Shown here in pieces: positions 1 to 8,687 of a stretch of 64,000 nt of DNA. This DNA is from Gemmatimonadota bacterium (lineage in GTDB: Bacteria > Gemmatimonadota > Gemmatimonadetes > Palauibacterales > Palauibacteraceae), in the NCBI GenBank assembly GCA_963666735.1, contig OY762926.1, positions 800,001-864,000 of the forward strand, in the 5' to 3' direction. A program made the position numbers and the translations under genes. Under the pieces are notes generated by a model. It made no database searches. It saw only the letters and a program-made list of their open reading frames with translations, and was not told where the DNA came from. Within the stretch, counting starts at the first letter, position 1, and every line of letters begins with the position of its first letter.

Positions 1-420
1 TGCGCGCCCTCGTCCGGCGAAGGTCGAATAGACCGCGATCATCACCGCCGCGACGGTCATCCCGACGCCGAGTTCGACGACGAGGATGCCGTAGTGCTGC
101 CCGGTCGAGGGGTGCGCGGCGTACAGGACGCCGTAGTCGAGGAAGTTCCCGCCCATGAGCATCGTCGCGACCCCGGTGCCCGCGTACACGAGCACGCCGG
201 TCGCGATGACCAGTTCGACCATGCGGGCCGGGGCGACGCGGCGCACCGCGGTGAGCCCGAAGATGAGCCCGTAGAGCACGAAGCCGGCCGCGAAGATCAC
301 GCCCGCCTGGAAGCCGCCGCCCGGTCCGTAATCGCCGTGGAACTGCACGTAGAGAGCGAAGAGGAGGACGTACGGCAGCAGGAGCTTGCTGACGACGCGC
401 AGAATCGTGTGGTCCGTCAT
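1..420 (-). CDS. mnhB: Na+/H+ antiporter subunit B (MnhB/MrpB), 3' end runs off the window
   Basis: Manual translation from ATG at 420: MTDHTILRVVSKLLLPYVLLFALYVQFHGDYGPGGGFQAGVI (MnhB HG..PGGGFQAG motif); ATGA overlap with the upstream gene; not in the ORF track. Confidence 0.9.
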   Translation of the reverse strand, partial: MTDHTILRVVSKLLLPYVLLFALYVQFHGDYGPGGGFQAGVIFAAGFVLYGLIFGLTAVRRVAPARMVELVIATGVLVYAGTGVATMLMGGNFLDYGVLYAAHPSTGQHYGILVVELGVGMTVAAVMIAVYSTFAGRGRA

Positions 421-995
421 CCCGCGTCCTCCCCTCCCCCGCCCGTGGGCCGGCGCTTGCGGCTCCCGCGCAGCAGAACCAGCACGGCGATCCCGGCCGT
501 GAAGATCACGACGGTCTCGCCGAGCGTGTCGTAGCCCCGATAGCTCGCCAGTACCGCCGTGACCACGTTCGGCACGTGGATGTCGTGCTCCGTGCGCTCG
601 ACGTAGGACGGGTGCGGATAGTTGCTGGCCGGCGCCTCCGGGTCGCCGAAGTGCGGCATGTCCAGCGTCCCGTACACGAGCGCCGCCCCCGTGACGATGA
701 CGATGAGCAGCGGCAGTGCGGGCCGCCGGACCGGGGCCTTGGCCTTGCGCGTCGTCAACGCGAGGGTGGCGAGCGCGAGAATGGTCGAGATCCCGGCGCC
801 GACCGAGGCCTCCGTGAAGGCGACATCGGGAGCATCGAGCAGGAGCATCCAGGAGGCGCCGAGGAAACTGTAGATCCCCATCAGCATGACGGCGGCGAAC
901 AGGCCGCGCATGCGCACGACCGCGACGGCCGTCGCGCACAGAAGCGTGAGCAGGAGCGCCGTGACGATCTGGACCTCGAGGGCTACGAACTCGAT
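417..995 (-). CDS. Mrp/Mnh antiporter subunit, DUF4040 / MnhB-related domain
   Basis: APDVAFTEASVGAG and NVVTAVLASYRGYDTLGET motifs. The ORF track starts at GTG 917, but the frame stays open through a hydrophobic helix to an SD-preceded ATC at 993-995, so the start is uncertain. Confidence 0.85.
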   Translation of the reverse strand: MEFVALEVQIVTALLLTLLCATAVAVVRMRGLFAAVMLMGIYSFLGASWMLLLDAPDVAFTEASVGAGISTILALATLALTTRKAKAPVRRPALPLLIVIVTGAALVYGTLDMPHFGDPEAPASNYPHPSYVERTEHDIHVPNVVTAVLASYRGYDTLGETVVIFTAGIAVLVLLRGSRKRRPTGGGGEDAG

Positions 996-1306
996 GCCGC
1001 CTCCTCCGTCTCATCGACGTGTGGCTGGAGTCCGGTCTCGAGCGCCGCGTTGGCGAGCGTGTGGGTGGCCGTCGGACTCGTAATCCAGAGCAGGAGGAGG
1101 ATCGCGACGAGCTTCACCGTCACGACCCAGTGGGGTGAGAGGAACATGAGCCCCGTCAGAATCAACGCCGCCCCGAGCGTATCCGTGATCCCCGCCCCGT
1201 GGATGCGACAGAAGAAATCGGGCAGACGGACGATCCCGATCCCGCCGATGACCGCGAAGATCGCGCCGGCGATCAGGAGCACGGCACTCACGGTCTCGAG
1301 GATCAC
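983..1306 (-). CDS. mnhG: Na+/H+ antiporter subunit G
   Basis: IGIVRLPDFFCRIHGAGITDTLG and TSPTATH motifs. Confidence 0.92.
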   Translation of the reverse strand: MILETVSAVLLIAGAIFAVIGGIGIVRLPDFFCRIHGAGITDTLGAALILTGLMFLSPHWVVTVKLVAILLLLWITSPTATHTLANAALETGLQPHVDETEEAASSS

Positions 1307-1584
1307 GACAGTCTCTCGCGGTCCGGGTCCGCGAAGTTCCCGTACTTGGAGAACCTCAGCACCGCGATGACGCCGATGAAGTTGATGAGAGCGTACACGA
1401 GTCCGACATCGAGGAAGTCCGGCCGGTCCGTCACGAACCCGATCACGGCGATGAGGAGGACCGTCTTCGTGCCGAACATGTTCAGGGCGAGAATGCGGTC
1501 GAAGACCGTCGGCCCCCTCCCCGCCCGCACGAGCGCGAGACCCATGGTGACGATGATCGCGGCGACCACGGCGGCGAGGATCAT
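1303..1584 (-). CDS. mnhF: Na+/H+ antiporter subunit F
   Basis: GPTVFDRILALN motif, three TM segments, LDVGLVYALINFIG. Confidence 0.92.
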   Translation of the reverse strand: MILAAVVAAIIVTMGLALVRAGRGPTVFDRILALNMFGTKTVLLIAVIGFVTDRPDFLDVGLVYALINFIGVIAVLRFSKYGNFADPDRERLS

Positions 1585-2060
1585 CCGCGCCCCTCGACCC
1601 GCGTGACCCGCCGGTCCATCTCGCCCGTGAGGACGCCGTCGGCCGCCTCCTCCGTCAGGGCGTGGACCGTGATGTGGTCGCCCTCCGTATCGATCGTCAC
1701 GGTGCCGGGCGTGAGCGTGATCGAGTTGGCATGGATGACCCGGCCGACATCCGTGCGCTGCCCCGCCCGCACGCGGATGACGCGGGGACGGATCGGCAGG
1801 CCCGGCCTCACGATACGCAGGGCGACATCGATGTTCGCCTTCACGATCTCGACGACGAGCCAGGGGAGGTAACGGACCAGCCCAGCCGGGAGCTGGATCG
1901 GCAGGCCTTCGTCATCGACGATCCGCATGCGCAGGGAAATCAGGGCGACGAACGCGACCGACGCGGCGCCGAGCCCCAGAAGCAGCGGCTTGTCGAAGTA
2001 CCCCGACAGCAGGAGCCAGACGGCCGCCAGGCTGGCGACGAGACCGGCGGCGTACGTCAC
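1581..2060 (-). CDS. mnhE: Na+/H+ antiporter subunit E
   Basis: EIVKANIDVA and ANSITLTPGTVTI motifs. Confidence 0.93.
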   Translation of the reverse strand: MTYAAGLVASLAAVWLLLSGYFDKPLLLGLGAASVAFVALISLRMRIVDDEGLPIQLPAGLVRYLPWLVVEIVKANIDVALRIVRPGLPIRPRVIRVRAGQRTDVGRVIHANSITLTPGTVTIDTEGDHITVHALTEEAADGVLTGEMDRRVTRVEGRG

Positions 2061-2094
2061 AGGTTTCGCGTGGCGGGTCGAGCGGCTTGCGGCA

Positions 2095-2133
2095 TGTTGG
2101 CGCCCGGACGTTGAGTTAACGTGATCGGCCCTC
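2095..2133 (-). promoter_or_regulatory. Candidate cation-sensing riboswitch (nhaA-II-like) upstream of mnhE
   Basis: GAGGGCCGATCACGTTAACTCAACGTCCGGGCGCCAACA with an ACGTT/AACGT hairpin, ending 34 nt before mnhE; resemblance to nhaA-type motifs is from memory. Confidence 0.45.
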
Positions 2134-2235
2134 GTTATCGGGCCTCGTCGAACGATCGACCACAGGATGGCGAACCTGTCGCGCGGGCGCGAGAGGTTCC
2201 CGCGGGAGAGCTCCCCGCAGTCGACGCCGGTCAGT

Positions 2236-2748
2236 CTACCACTGCGATTGCGCCCCGTCGACGATCTGCTGGACGAGGTTCTCGAGCGCGACGATCAGGG
2301 CCTGGTCCTCGGTTTCGTTTCCCGGTTCGTATTCCCCGGTTCCGGTCAGGCTCTGATTGCCCCAGATGATGAGGTTCTCGGCCACATCCAGGATCTCCAC
2401 GGAGACGCTGACGGTCACGCGACGCTGGAAGACATCCGCGCCGACGCCGCCGACGGCGTCGAAGTTGACCGCCTCATCGGCATAGCGCCGGATCTGCGCG
2501 CTGATGACCGCGTCGGCTTCCCCCTCGGAGGCGAGCCGGAGCCCCAGGCGCTGCCGGGACGCCGTGAGGAGTTCGTCCATCAGGGATTCCGCGATGCCGA
2601 ACTGCGTGCTCTCGTTCTCGATCGGGGCGACGTAGACGGTGCGCATGTGGCTGGGCAGCCCTCCGCCGCCGGAGAAACTGTAGCACCCCGCCAGCGCCGT
2701 GAGCATCACGATCGCGGCCATCGCTCCGGCGCGGAATCGGCAAGACAT
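2236..2748 (-). CDS. lptE: LPS assembly lipoprotein LptE
   Basis: Lipobox LAGC followed by YSFSGGGGLPSHMRTVYVAPIENES, C-terminal IVDGAQSQW; start placed at the GAGGA-preceded ATG 2748 (2721/2760/2763 also possible). Confidence 0.8.
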   Translation of the reverse strand: MSCRFRAGAMAAIVMLTALAGCYSFSGGGGLPSHMRTVYVAPIENESTQFGIAESLMDELLTASRQRLGLRLASEGEADAVISAQIRRYADEAVNFDAVGGVGADVFQRRVTVSVSVEILDVAENLIIWGNQSLTGTGEYEPGNETEDQALIVALENLVQQIVDGAQSQW

Positions 2749-3409
2749 AGTGTTCCTCATCATATGGCTGTGATTGAACCGTTGCGCTCCGTAACTCCCA
2801 ATGTACCCCGCTCGAGTCCGCGATGTCCCGGTACCGGGCCTCCCGGGGCCAACGGGGATCGCTGCCCCACTCGAGTTCGATCCATCTCTCGCGCCGGCCG
2901 CCCCGCCGCTCGTCGAGCCGCGTGAGGCGTCCGCCGTCAAGATAATAGCTTCGCGTCGCGCCTCCCTCGACCGCGAACTCGAGGACGCTGAGCCCGGCGA
3001 TCTCGGAGCCCCGGGCGGGAGGCATGTCGCCGGGCCGAAACACGCCCGCCATGGCGTAGAGGAAGACGGTCGGCGGCAGCTCGACGCCCTGGAGGTTGCC
3101 GGACGTGGCCAGGACGCCGTCGACGAGCGTGGCCTGGAGGCTCCCCTCCCCCGTCGAGAAGAGGTCGAGGCGAAAGCGGTCCGGCGGGTTCACCCGGGCA
3201 GCGCCGTCACCGCGGAAACTCCCGCTCTCACCCGCGTATTCCCACCTGAAGATGACGTGCATCGGTTGCTCCGTGCCCGAGCTTGCGCGCGCCCGCCGAG
3301 CGACCTCCTCCGCATCGGGCATCGGGGTCCCGCGCTCGAAACCCCCGCCGCAGGCGGTGAACAGGAGGAGGAGCGGCCAGGGGGTGCGGCGCGCCGGAAA
3401 CCGACTCAC
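2474..3409 (-). CDS. Putative lipoprotein (possible LolB/DUF4292-like fold); C-terminal tail reads through into lptE
   Basis: GTG start coupled (GTGA) to the thioesterase stop; LLLLFTAC lipobox; PPDRFRLDLFS beta-rich core. Confidence 0.65.
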   Translation of the reverse strand: MSRFPARRTPWPLLLLFTACGGGFERGTPMPDAEEVARRARASSGTEQPMHVIFRWEYAGESGSFRGDGAARVNPPDRFRLDLFSTGEGSLQATLVDGVLATSGNLQGVELPPTVFLYAMAGVFRPGDMPPARGSEIAGLSVLEFAVEGGATRSYYLDGGRLTRLDERRGGRRERWIELEWGSDPRWPREARYRDIADSSGVHWELRSATVQSQPYDEEHYVLPIPRRSDGRDRDAHGAGGVLQFLRRRRAAQPHAHRLRRPDREREHAVRHRGIPDGRTPHGVPAAPGAPARLRGGSRRGHQRADPALCR

Positions 3410-3849
3410 GTGGCGGAGCGTGGGGCGGCGGCGGTCGGGAGGGATTCCAGTTGCCGCTTGACGGCGTCCGGAAACCGGTGGGGGCGGCCCCGCGCATCGG
3501 TACACACGAGGGCGGTGCGAGCGCGCGCAAGCGTCGCGTCGTCGGACGCGCGGGCAATCCGGTAGCCGAACACGACCTCGCGGCTTCGGACGCGTTCCAC
3601 GCCCGTGTGAATGCGGATGAGTTCGTCGTACTCAACCGGGCTCCGGTATTCGACTTCGACCCGCGAAACGGGGAGCCAGAGGCCCCCGCGCTCGAGTTCC
3701 GCGTAGGACACGCCGCGCTCGCGCATGAGCGCCGTGCGCCCGAGTTCGCACCACACGAGGTAGTGGCGGTGGTGCGCACGCCCCATCTGGTCGGTCTCGG
3801 CATACCGCACGCGCACTTCCGTCATTCCGACTCCGCTTGCGTCTTCCAT
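3406..3849 (-). CDS. Acyl-CoA thioesterase, YbgC/4HBT hotdog family
   Basis: VRVRYAETDQMGRAHHRHYLVWCELGR motif; start trimmed to ATG 3849. Confidence 0.9.
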   Translation of the reverse strand: MEDASGVGMTEVRVRYAETDQMGRAHHRHYLVWCELGRTALMRERGVSYAELERGGLWLPVSRVEVEYRSPVEYDELIRIHTGVERVRSREVVFGYRIARASDDATLARARTALVCTDARGRPHRFPDAVKRQLESLPTAAAPRSAT

Positions 3850-3961
3850 GCCCCCAATATGCTCCCGCGACGCACCGGGTGTCGAACTATTTCGGTGACG
3901 GGTTCGCCGCGGGCGGCCGCAGAGTTTGACGCGCCGCGCCCGGCGCGCCGAGCTTCGGCCC

Positions 3962-4828
3962 ATGCCCGAACGCACCGTCGTCGTGTCCGACATCCACCTC
4001 GGGGCCGTTGCCGAGGAGAACGCGCGCGCCTTTCTCGCCTTCCTCGAGGAGGCGGACCGCTGGGGCGACGAACTCCTCATCAACGGCGACCTGTTCGACT
4101 TCTGGTTCGAATACGGCCAGGTGATCCCGCGCGGCCAGCTCGACGCGCTCGCACGCCTGCGGAGACTCGTGGAGGGCGGCATGCCGATCCTCTTCATGGG
4201 CGGGAACCACGACGCGTGGGGGGGGAGTTTCCTCCGCGACGAGGTCGGCATCGAGATCCTCCATGAGCCGGCGCGGCGACGCATCGGAGGGCGGCGTGCA
4301 CACATCGCGCACGGCGATGGACTCGGGGCGGCGGACTGGGGCTACCGGATTCTGCGCCGGGCCGCCCGCAGTCCGTTGGGACGCGGACTGTTTCGGTGGG
4401 TGCATCCCGACCTCGGGCTCCCTCTCGCACGGCTCGCCAGCGGGACGCGGCGCGCCCAGGCGGCAGGGGCCGGTAACGAGTCGCCCCGCGCTTCGCTCCT
4501 CGCGCGGCACGCGGCCGAGGTGCTGGCCGCTCACGAGGATGTGGACCTCGTCGTGTTCGGGCACTCGCACCGGCCGGAAGTCGCCGAACTCGCCCCGGGG
4601 AAGTTCTACCTCAACTCCGGAGACTGGCTCCACCACAACAGCTTCGCCGTCGTGACACCGGACGAGATCCGCCTGGAGTCATACCCGGGACCCGGCGAAG
4701 GCCGGTTCCGGCGGCGGGACGATGCGCCGGTCTCTTCAGGGAAAATCGACCTTGAAACCGAGGGCGATCCCGACGGACCCGTCGGCGGGGGGGCCGATCG
4801 AGGGCTCGAAATCCCAGAACTGGGTTGA
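3962..4828 (+). CDS. lpxH: UDP-2,3-diacylglucosamine diphosphatase (LpxH-like metallophosphoesterase)
   Basis: SDIHLG, GDLFDFW, GNHD, HGD, FGHSH and NSGDW motifs. Confidence 0.85.
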   Translation: MPERTVVVSDIHLGAVAEENARAFLAFLEEADRWGDELLINGDLFDFWFEYGQVIPRGQLDALARLRRLVEGGMPILFMGGNHDAWGGSFLRDEVGIEILHEPARRRIGGRRAHIAHGDGLGAADWGYRILRRAARSPLGRGLFRWVHPDLGLPLARLASGTRRAQAAGAGNESPRASLLARHAAEVLAAHEDVDLVVFGHSHRPEVAELAPGKFYLNSGDWLHHNSFAVVTPDEIRLESYPGPGEGRFRRRDDAPVSSGKIDLETEGDPDGPVGGGADRGLEIPELG

Positions 4829-5362
4829 CACCCATGCGTCGAGACCGCTCAGGAAGGCGATGAACCCGGCGAGGACGATCCAGTTCTCCCGTTGCCCCGT
4901 ACGGTTGGAGATCCGCTCTTCGTTCGGCGGCAGTTCTTCCTTGGCCGCGGAGAGCCGCGCATCGGACTTGAAGACCATGAACAGGAAGACGGACTCCGCG
5001 GCGAAGTAGAAGGCGCCGCGCGCCGGGCGTCCGACCTCCAGTTGTCCCCAGCCCGGGAGGATCAGGGAGCGCCCGAAGGCGCCCAGCGGGGAGATGGGGG
5101 GTTGCCGGCCGGTCGTGTCGGCCACGGCGCGGTCCTCGGCGGACGCCGAATCGGGGACCGCCGCGGGAGGCGGAGGGTCCTGCGCCCGCAACGGCGCCGG
5201 GGCCGGGGCGGGACCGAGCAGAAGCCAGACCGCGAGCGCGAAGATGGCGGGAACGTGTGGGAATCGAACCCACCCGGGACGCGCGAACGCCCCGTAACGG
5301 TTTTGAAGACCGCAGGCGACACCAGTCACCATCCGCTCCCGATCATCCGGTTCGTTTCTCAT
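4736..5362 (-). CDS. Hypothetical membrane/exported protein (DUF5683-like); the ORF spans selC
   Basis: Signal-like IFALAVWLLLG..RAQ, RSLILPGWGQ motif, two TM segments, C-terminal beta-strand; start uncertain. Confidence 0.7.
   Translation of the reverse strand: MRNEPDDRERMVTGVACGLQNRYGAFARPGWVRFPHVPAIFALAVWLLLGPAPAPAPLRAQDPPPPAAVPDSASAEDRAVADTTGRQPPISPLGAFGRSLILPGWGQLEVGRPARGAFYFAAESVFLFMVFKSDARLSAAKEELPPNEERISNRTGQRENWIVLAGFIAFLSGLDAWVSTQFWDFEPSIGPPADGSVGIALGFKVDFP
5245..5340 (-). tRNA. selC: tRNA-Sec (anticodon UCA)
   Basis: GGGAGCGG-AT-GGTGAC(TGGT)GTCGCC 6-bp D stem, anticodon loop CTTCAAA, long variable arm, GTGGG-TTCGATT-CCCAC T arm, G73 and encoded CCA; 96 nt. Confidence 0.95.
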
Positions 5363-5769
5363 CCCGATCCGAGATCTCGGGAGGCCGGCCGCGCTCGGCC
5401 GATCACTTCGATCTCGACTCGGGCCCCCAGCGGCAGCGCACCCACGGCGACCGTCGAGCGCGCGGGATACGGGGGCTCGAAGTGGCGGGCGTAGACCTCG
5501 TTCACGGCGCCGAAGTCTCCCATGTCGGCAAGAAAGATCGTCGTCTTCACGACATCTCCGAGGGCAAGCCCCGCCTCGTGCAGCACGGCCGCCAGGTTCG
5601 TCATCACGCGCTCCGCCTGGGAAACAACGTCGGCGCCCACGAGTTGGCCGGTGGACGGGACCAGGCCCACCTGCCCTGCGGAGTAAAACAGCTCACCGGC
5701 CCAGTACCCCTGGGAGTAGGGGCCGACGGCGGCGGGTGCATGGTCGGTGTGGACCGGTCCGGTCTGCAT
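5359..5769 (-). CDS. ridA: RidA family reactive intermediate/imine deaminase
   Basis: APAAVGPYSQ, GQVGL, VVKTTIFL, PARSTVAV and VEIEVI motifs. Confidence 0.93.
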   Translation of the reverse strand: MQTGPVHTDHAPAAVGPYSQGYWAGELFYSAGQVGLVPSTGQLVGADVVSQAERVMTNLAAVLHEAGLALGDVVKTTIFLADMGDFGAVNEVYARHFEPPYPARSTVAVGALPLGARVEIEVIGRARPASRDLGSG

Positions 5770-5977
5770 GGATGGAGGCTCCTTTCAGGGACGGGCGACC
5801 GGCCGCCGCGACCGGGCAGGACGCGGCGCATGGGCGGGTCGCCGTTGCCTTGCATCGGATCGGTGGGAGCCGGTAACCTCGCCCGTACGCCTCATCGCTG
5901 GAGGCGAATGGTTGCGTTCGAACGCGTTCTGGCGGTCGGGCGAACATACTTCGATCCCCGGGAGAGCGCCAAAGATC

Positions 5978-6808
5978 GTGCCCGTAGGCTCCGCCCGCCG
6001 TTCTGCCGCAAGACTCGCCCGCGATGCCGTGTTCCGCATGGCCCTCGCGGTCGAGGCCTATTGCCGTCTTCTCGTACGCGTGTTGAAGGCCTCTCTGAGT
6101 CAGCCCTTCTACCGCGGCGATCTCGTTCAGCAGATGGACACGATCGGCGTCGCCTCGATCTTCATCGTCATGCTGACGGGCCTTTTCACGGGGATGGTGC
6201 TCGCCCTCCAGGCCGCCGTGGAAATGGAACGGTTCGGGGCCACGGTCTACATCGGCCGTCTCGTGGGAGCCAGCACGATACGCGAACTCGGCCCCGTTCT
6301 CACGGCGCTCATCGTCACCGGCCGCGCGGGCGCCGGCATGGCGGCCGCCCTGGGCGCGATGCGGGTCACGGAGCAGGTCGACGCGCTCCGCACGATGGGC
6401 GTGGACCCGATCCGGAAACTCGTCGTGCCGCGTTTTCTCGCCGCCCTCGTGATGCTCCCCGTGGTCACGATCATCGGCGATTTCCTGGCCATCCTGGGCG
6501 GGCTTCTCATCGCGGTGCTGACGCTGGACTTCACGGCTCAGCTGTATATCACCTCCGTGTGGGAAACCCTCGCCCAGAGCGGCTTCGTGCTCAAGGTCGT
6601 CCCCATCGACCTGATCCAGGGATTGGTCAAGCCCTTCGCGTTCGGCGGGATCATCGCCCTCACGAGCTGCTTCCACGGGCTTCGGGCCGAGGGTGGCACG
6701 GAAGGCGTCGGACGGGCGACGACGAGGGCCGTGGTGACCTCGTCCATCCTCATTCTCGCGGTGGATTTCTTCCTCACCCAGATCCTGCTCGCCATGTTCC
6801 AATGGTGA
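5978..6808 (+). CDS. mlaE: MlaE family ABC permease
   Basis: RELGPVLTALIVTGRAG, MRVTEQVDAL and GVGRATTRAVV motifs; start estimated at an SD-preceded GTG. Confidence 0.9.
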   Translation: MPVGSARRSAARLARDAVFRMALAVEAYCRLLVRVLKASLSQPFYRGDLVQQMDTIGVASIFIVMLTGLFTGMVLALQAAVEMERFGATVYIGRLVGASTIRELGPVLTALIVTGRAGAGMAAALGAMRVTEQVDALRTMGVDPIRKLVVPRFLAALVMLPVVTIIGDFLAILGGLLIAVLTLDFTAQLYITSVWETLAQSGFVLKVVPIDLIQGLVKPFAFGGIIALTSCFHGLRAEGGTEGVGRATTRAVVTSSILILAVDFFLTQILLAMFQW

Positions 6809-6827
6809 GCGGGGATCCGGATCCACC

Positions 6828-7670
6828 ATGAGCGACCGCACGCCCGCCGGCGCACCGCAGCCGGGAAGCGAGGCCTTCGAGGCGGAGTTGCGGGACGAAA
6901 TCCGCCGCGAACTGGAAACGCACGGGAGCGGATCCGGGCAACCCGACATCGTCGAACTCCGGGACGCGTGGCTCTCGTTCGGGGACCGCGAGGTGCTGCG
7001 CGGCGTTTCGCTGGGCGTCGCGCGGGGCGGGACGCTTTGCATCCTCGGGGGGTCGGGAGTCGGGAAGTCGACGATCCTGCGTCTGATGCTCCGGCTCATC
7101 CTCCCCGACCGCGGCGAAGTCCTCATCGAGGGACGCGACATCAGTGCGGTTTCCCGTCCGGAGGCGCTGGCCCTGCGGGAACGGATGGGGATGGTGTTCC
7201 AGGGATCGGCGCTCTTCGATTCCCTGAACGTGTTCGACAACGTCGCCTTTCCGCTCTACGAGCATTCGAGTCTGGGAGACGAGGAAATCCGGGAGCGCGT
7301 CGAGGAGGTGCTGTCCTTCGTGGACCTCGATCCGGCCGTGGTTCTCCATCTGCTTCCCTCCGCGCTGTCCGGCGGTATGCGCAAGCGCGTGGCCATCGCG
7401 CGGGCGATCGTGCACAGGCCGCCGATCCTCCTCTTCGACGAACCGACAAGCGGACTCGACCCCATCACGACGCGGAGGATCGACGAACTGATCCTGAAAC
7501 TGCGGCGGGAACTCCACGTCTGCGTCGTCGTAGTGACCCACGATGTGCGGTCCGCGGCGAGAATCGCGACCGAGACCGCGCTCCTCAGGGACGGGGAGAT
7601 TATCTTCAACGGAACGCCGGAGGAGATGCACGCCACGGACGACCGCTATGTTCGGGCCTTCCGCGGCTAA
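6828..7670 (+). CDS. mlaF: MlaF family ABC ATP-binding protein
   Basis: Walker A GGSGVGKS, LSGGMRKRVAIARA, DEPTSGLDP. Confidence 0.92.
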   Translation: MSDRTPAGAPQPGSEAFEAELRDEIRRELETHGSGSGQPDIVELRDAWLSFGDREVLRGVSLGVARGGTLCILGGSGVGKSTILRLMLRLILPDRGEVLIEGRDISAVSRPEALALRERMGMVFQGSALFDSLNVFDNVAFPLYEHSSLGDEEIRERVEEVLSFVDLDPAVVLHLLPSALSGGMRKRVAIARAIVHRPPILLFDEPTSGLDPITTRRIDELILKLRRELHVCVVVVTHDVRSAARIATETALLRDGEIIFNGTPEEMHATDDRYVRAFRG

Positions 7671-7706
7671 CCGCCAACCGGTCCGACAGGAGGGCAGAAG
7701 GCAACG

Positions 7707-8687
7707 ATGCGACGATCCGAGCCGATCACATGGGACCAGATGCGCGTGGGGTTCGTCCTCATCGTCTCGCTCGTCCTGCTCGCCCTGTGCGCACTGTTCG
7801 TAGGCCGGATCGGGGATGTGTTCGGCGAGCGCTATCAGCTCGTTGCGCTCATGGAATCCGCTTCGGGGCTGCGCCCCGGGGCCCCCGTGCAGGTGGCCGG
7901 GCGGGGCGTCGGCCAGGTGGAGCGCGTGGAGTTCATCGACCCGGAAGACCGCGGTGACTCCGAAGCGGCCGTCGCGGTCTGGATGGGGGTTAACGTGGGC
8001 GTCCGGGAGCAGATCCGGCGCGGCTCACGAGCCCGCGTGCGGACGCAGGGGCTGCTCGGCGACCGTCTCATCGACATCGAACCGGGATCTCCCGATTCGG
8101 CCATCCTCGTTCCGGGAGACACCATCGGAACGGCGCCGGCGCTGAGCTATGACGAACTACTCGGCCAGGCGGCCGACGCCGTCCTCGGTCTCACGCAGCT
8201 CTCGAACGATCTTTCCGCAACGCTGGCCCGCGTCTCGAGTGGCGAGGGCTCGCTTGGACGCCTCCTCGTGGACGAGGCGCTCTACGATGGCCTCGTCGAC
8301 CTCAACCGGAACCTCTCGGCCGTGCTGGGGCCGATCGCGGACGGGGAAGGCTCGCTGGCCCGCTTGCTCGAGGATCCGGAATTGTACGACCACCTCGTCT
8401 CTCTCACCGCGCGCCTCGACACGGTGACGGGGGGACTGGCAGCCGGCGAAGGAACGCTCGGGCGTCTGCTGGCGTCGGACTCCCTTTATCGTGCGATCGC
8501 CTCATCCGCGACCCGGGCCAATTCCATCCTCGACCTCATCGAGGGCGGCGAAGGGGCGGTCGGGCAGCTCGTCAACGACGAGACCCTGTACGAGGAGTTC
8601 CTCAAGGTCGTGGTGGACCTGAACGCGTTCCTCGCCGAGGTGCGGGCCAACCCCGGCAAGTTCATCCCGCCGATCCGGGTCTTCTAG
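7707..8687 (+). CDS. mlaD: MlaD/MCE family protein
   Basis: N-terminal TM, SGLRPGAPVQVAG..VGQV, TQGLLGD, repeated GEGSLG.L helical units. Confidence 0.9.
   Translation: MRRSEPITWDQMRVGFVLIVSLVLLALCALFVGRIGDVFGERYQLVALMESASGLRPGAPVQVAGRGVGQVERVEFIDPEDRGDSEAAVAVWMGVNVGVREQIRRGSRARVRTQGLLGDRLIDIEPGSPDSAILVPGDTIGTAPALSYDELLGQAADAVLGLTQLSNDLSATLARVSSGEGSLGRLLVDEALYDGLVDLNRNLSAVLGPIADGEGSLARLLEDPELYDHLVSLTARLDTVTGGLAAGEGTLGRLLASDSLYRAIASSATRANSILDLIEGGEGAVGQLVNDETLYEEFLKVVVDLNAFLAEVRANPGKFIPPIRVF

Noticed and set aside
4736..4828. 93-nt convergent overlap between lpxH and the DUF5683-like gene
   Set aside because: The lpxH tail lies beyond the domain; stop-codon drift is common in GC-rich genomes
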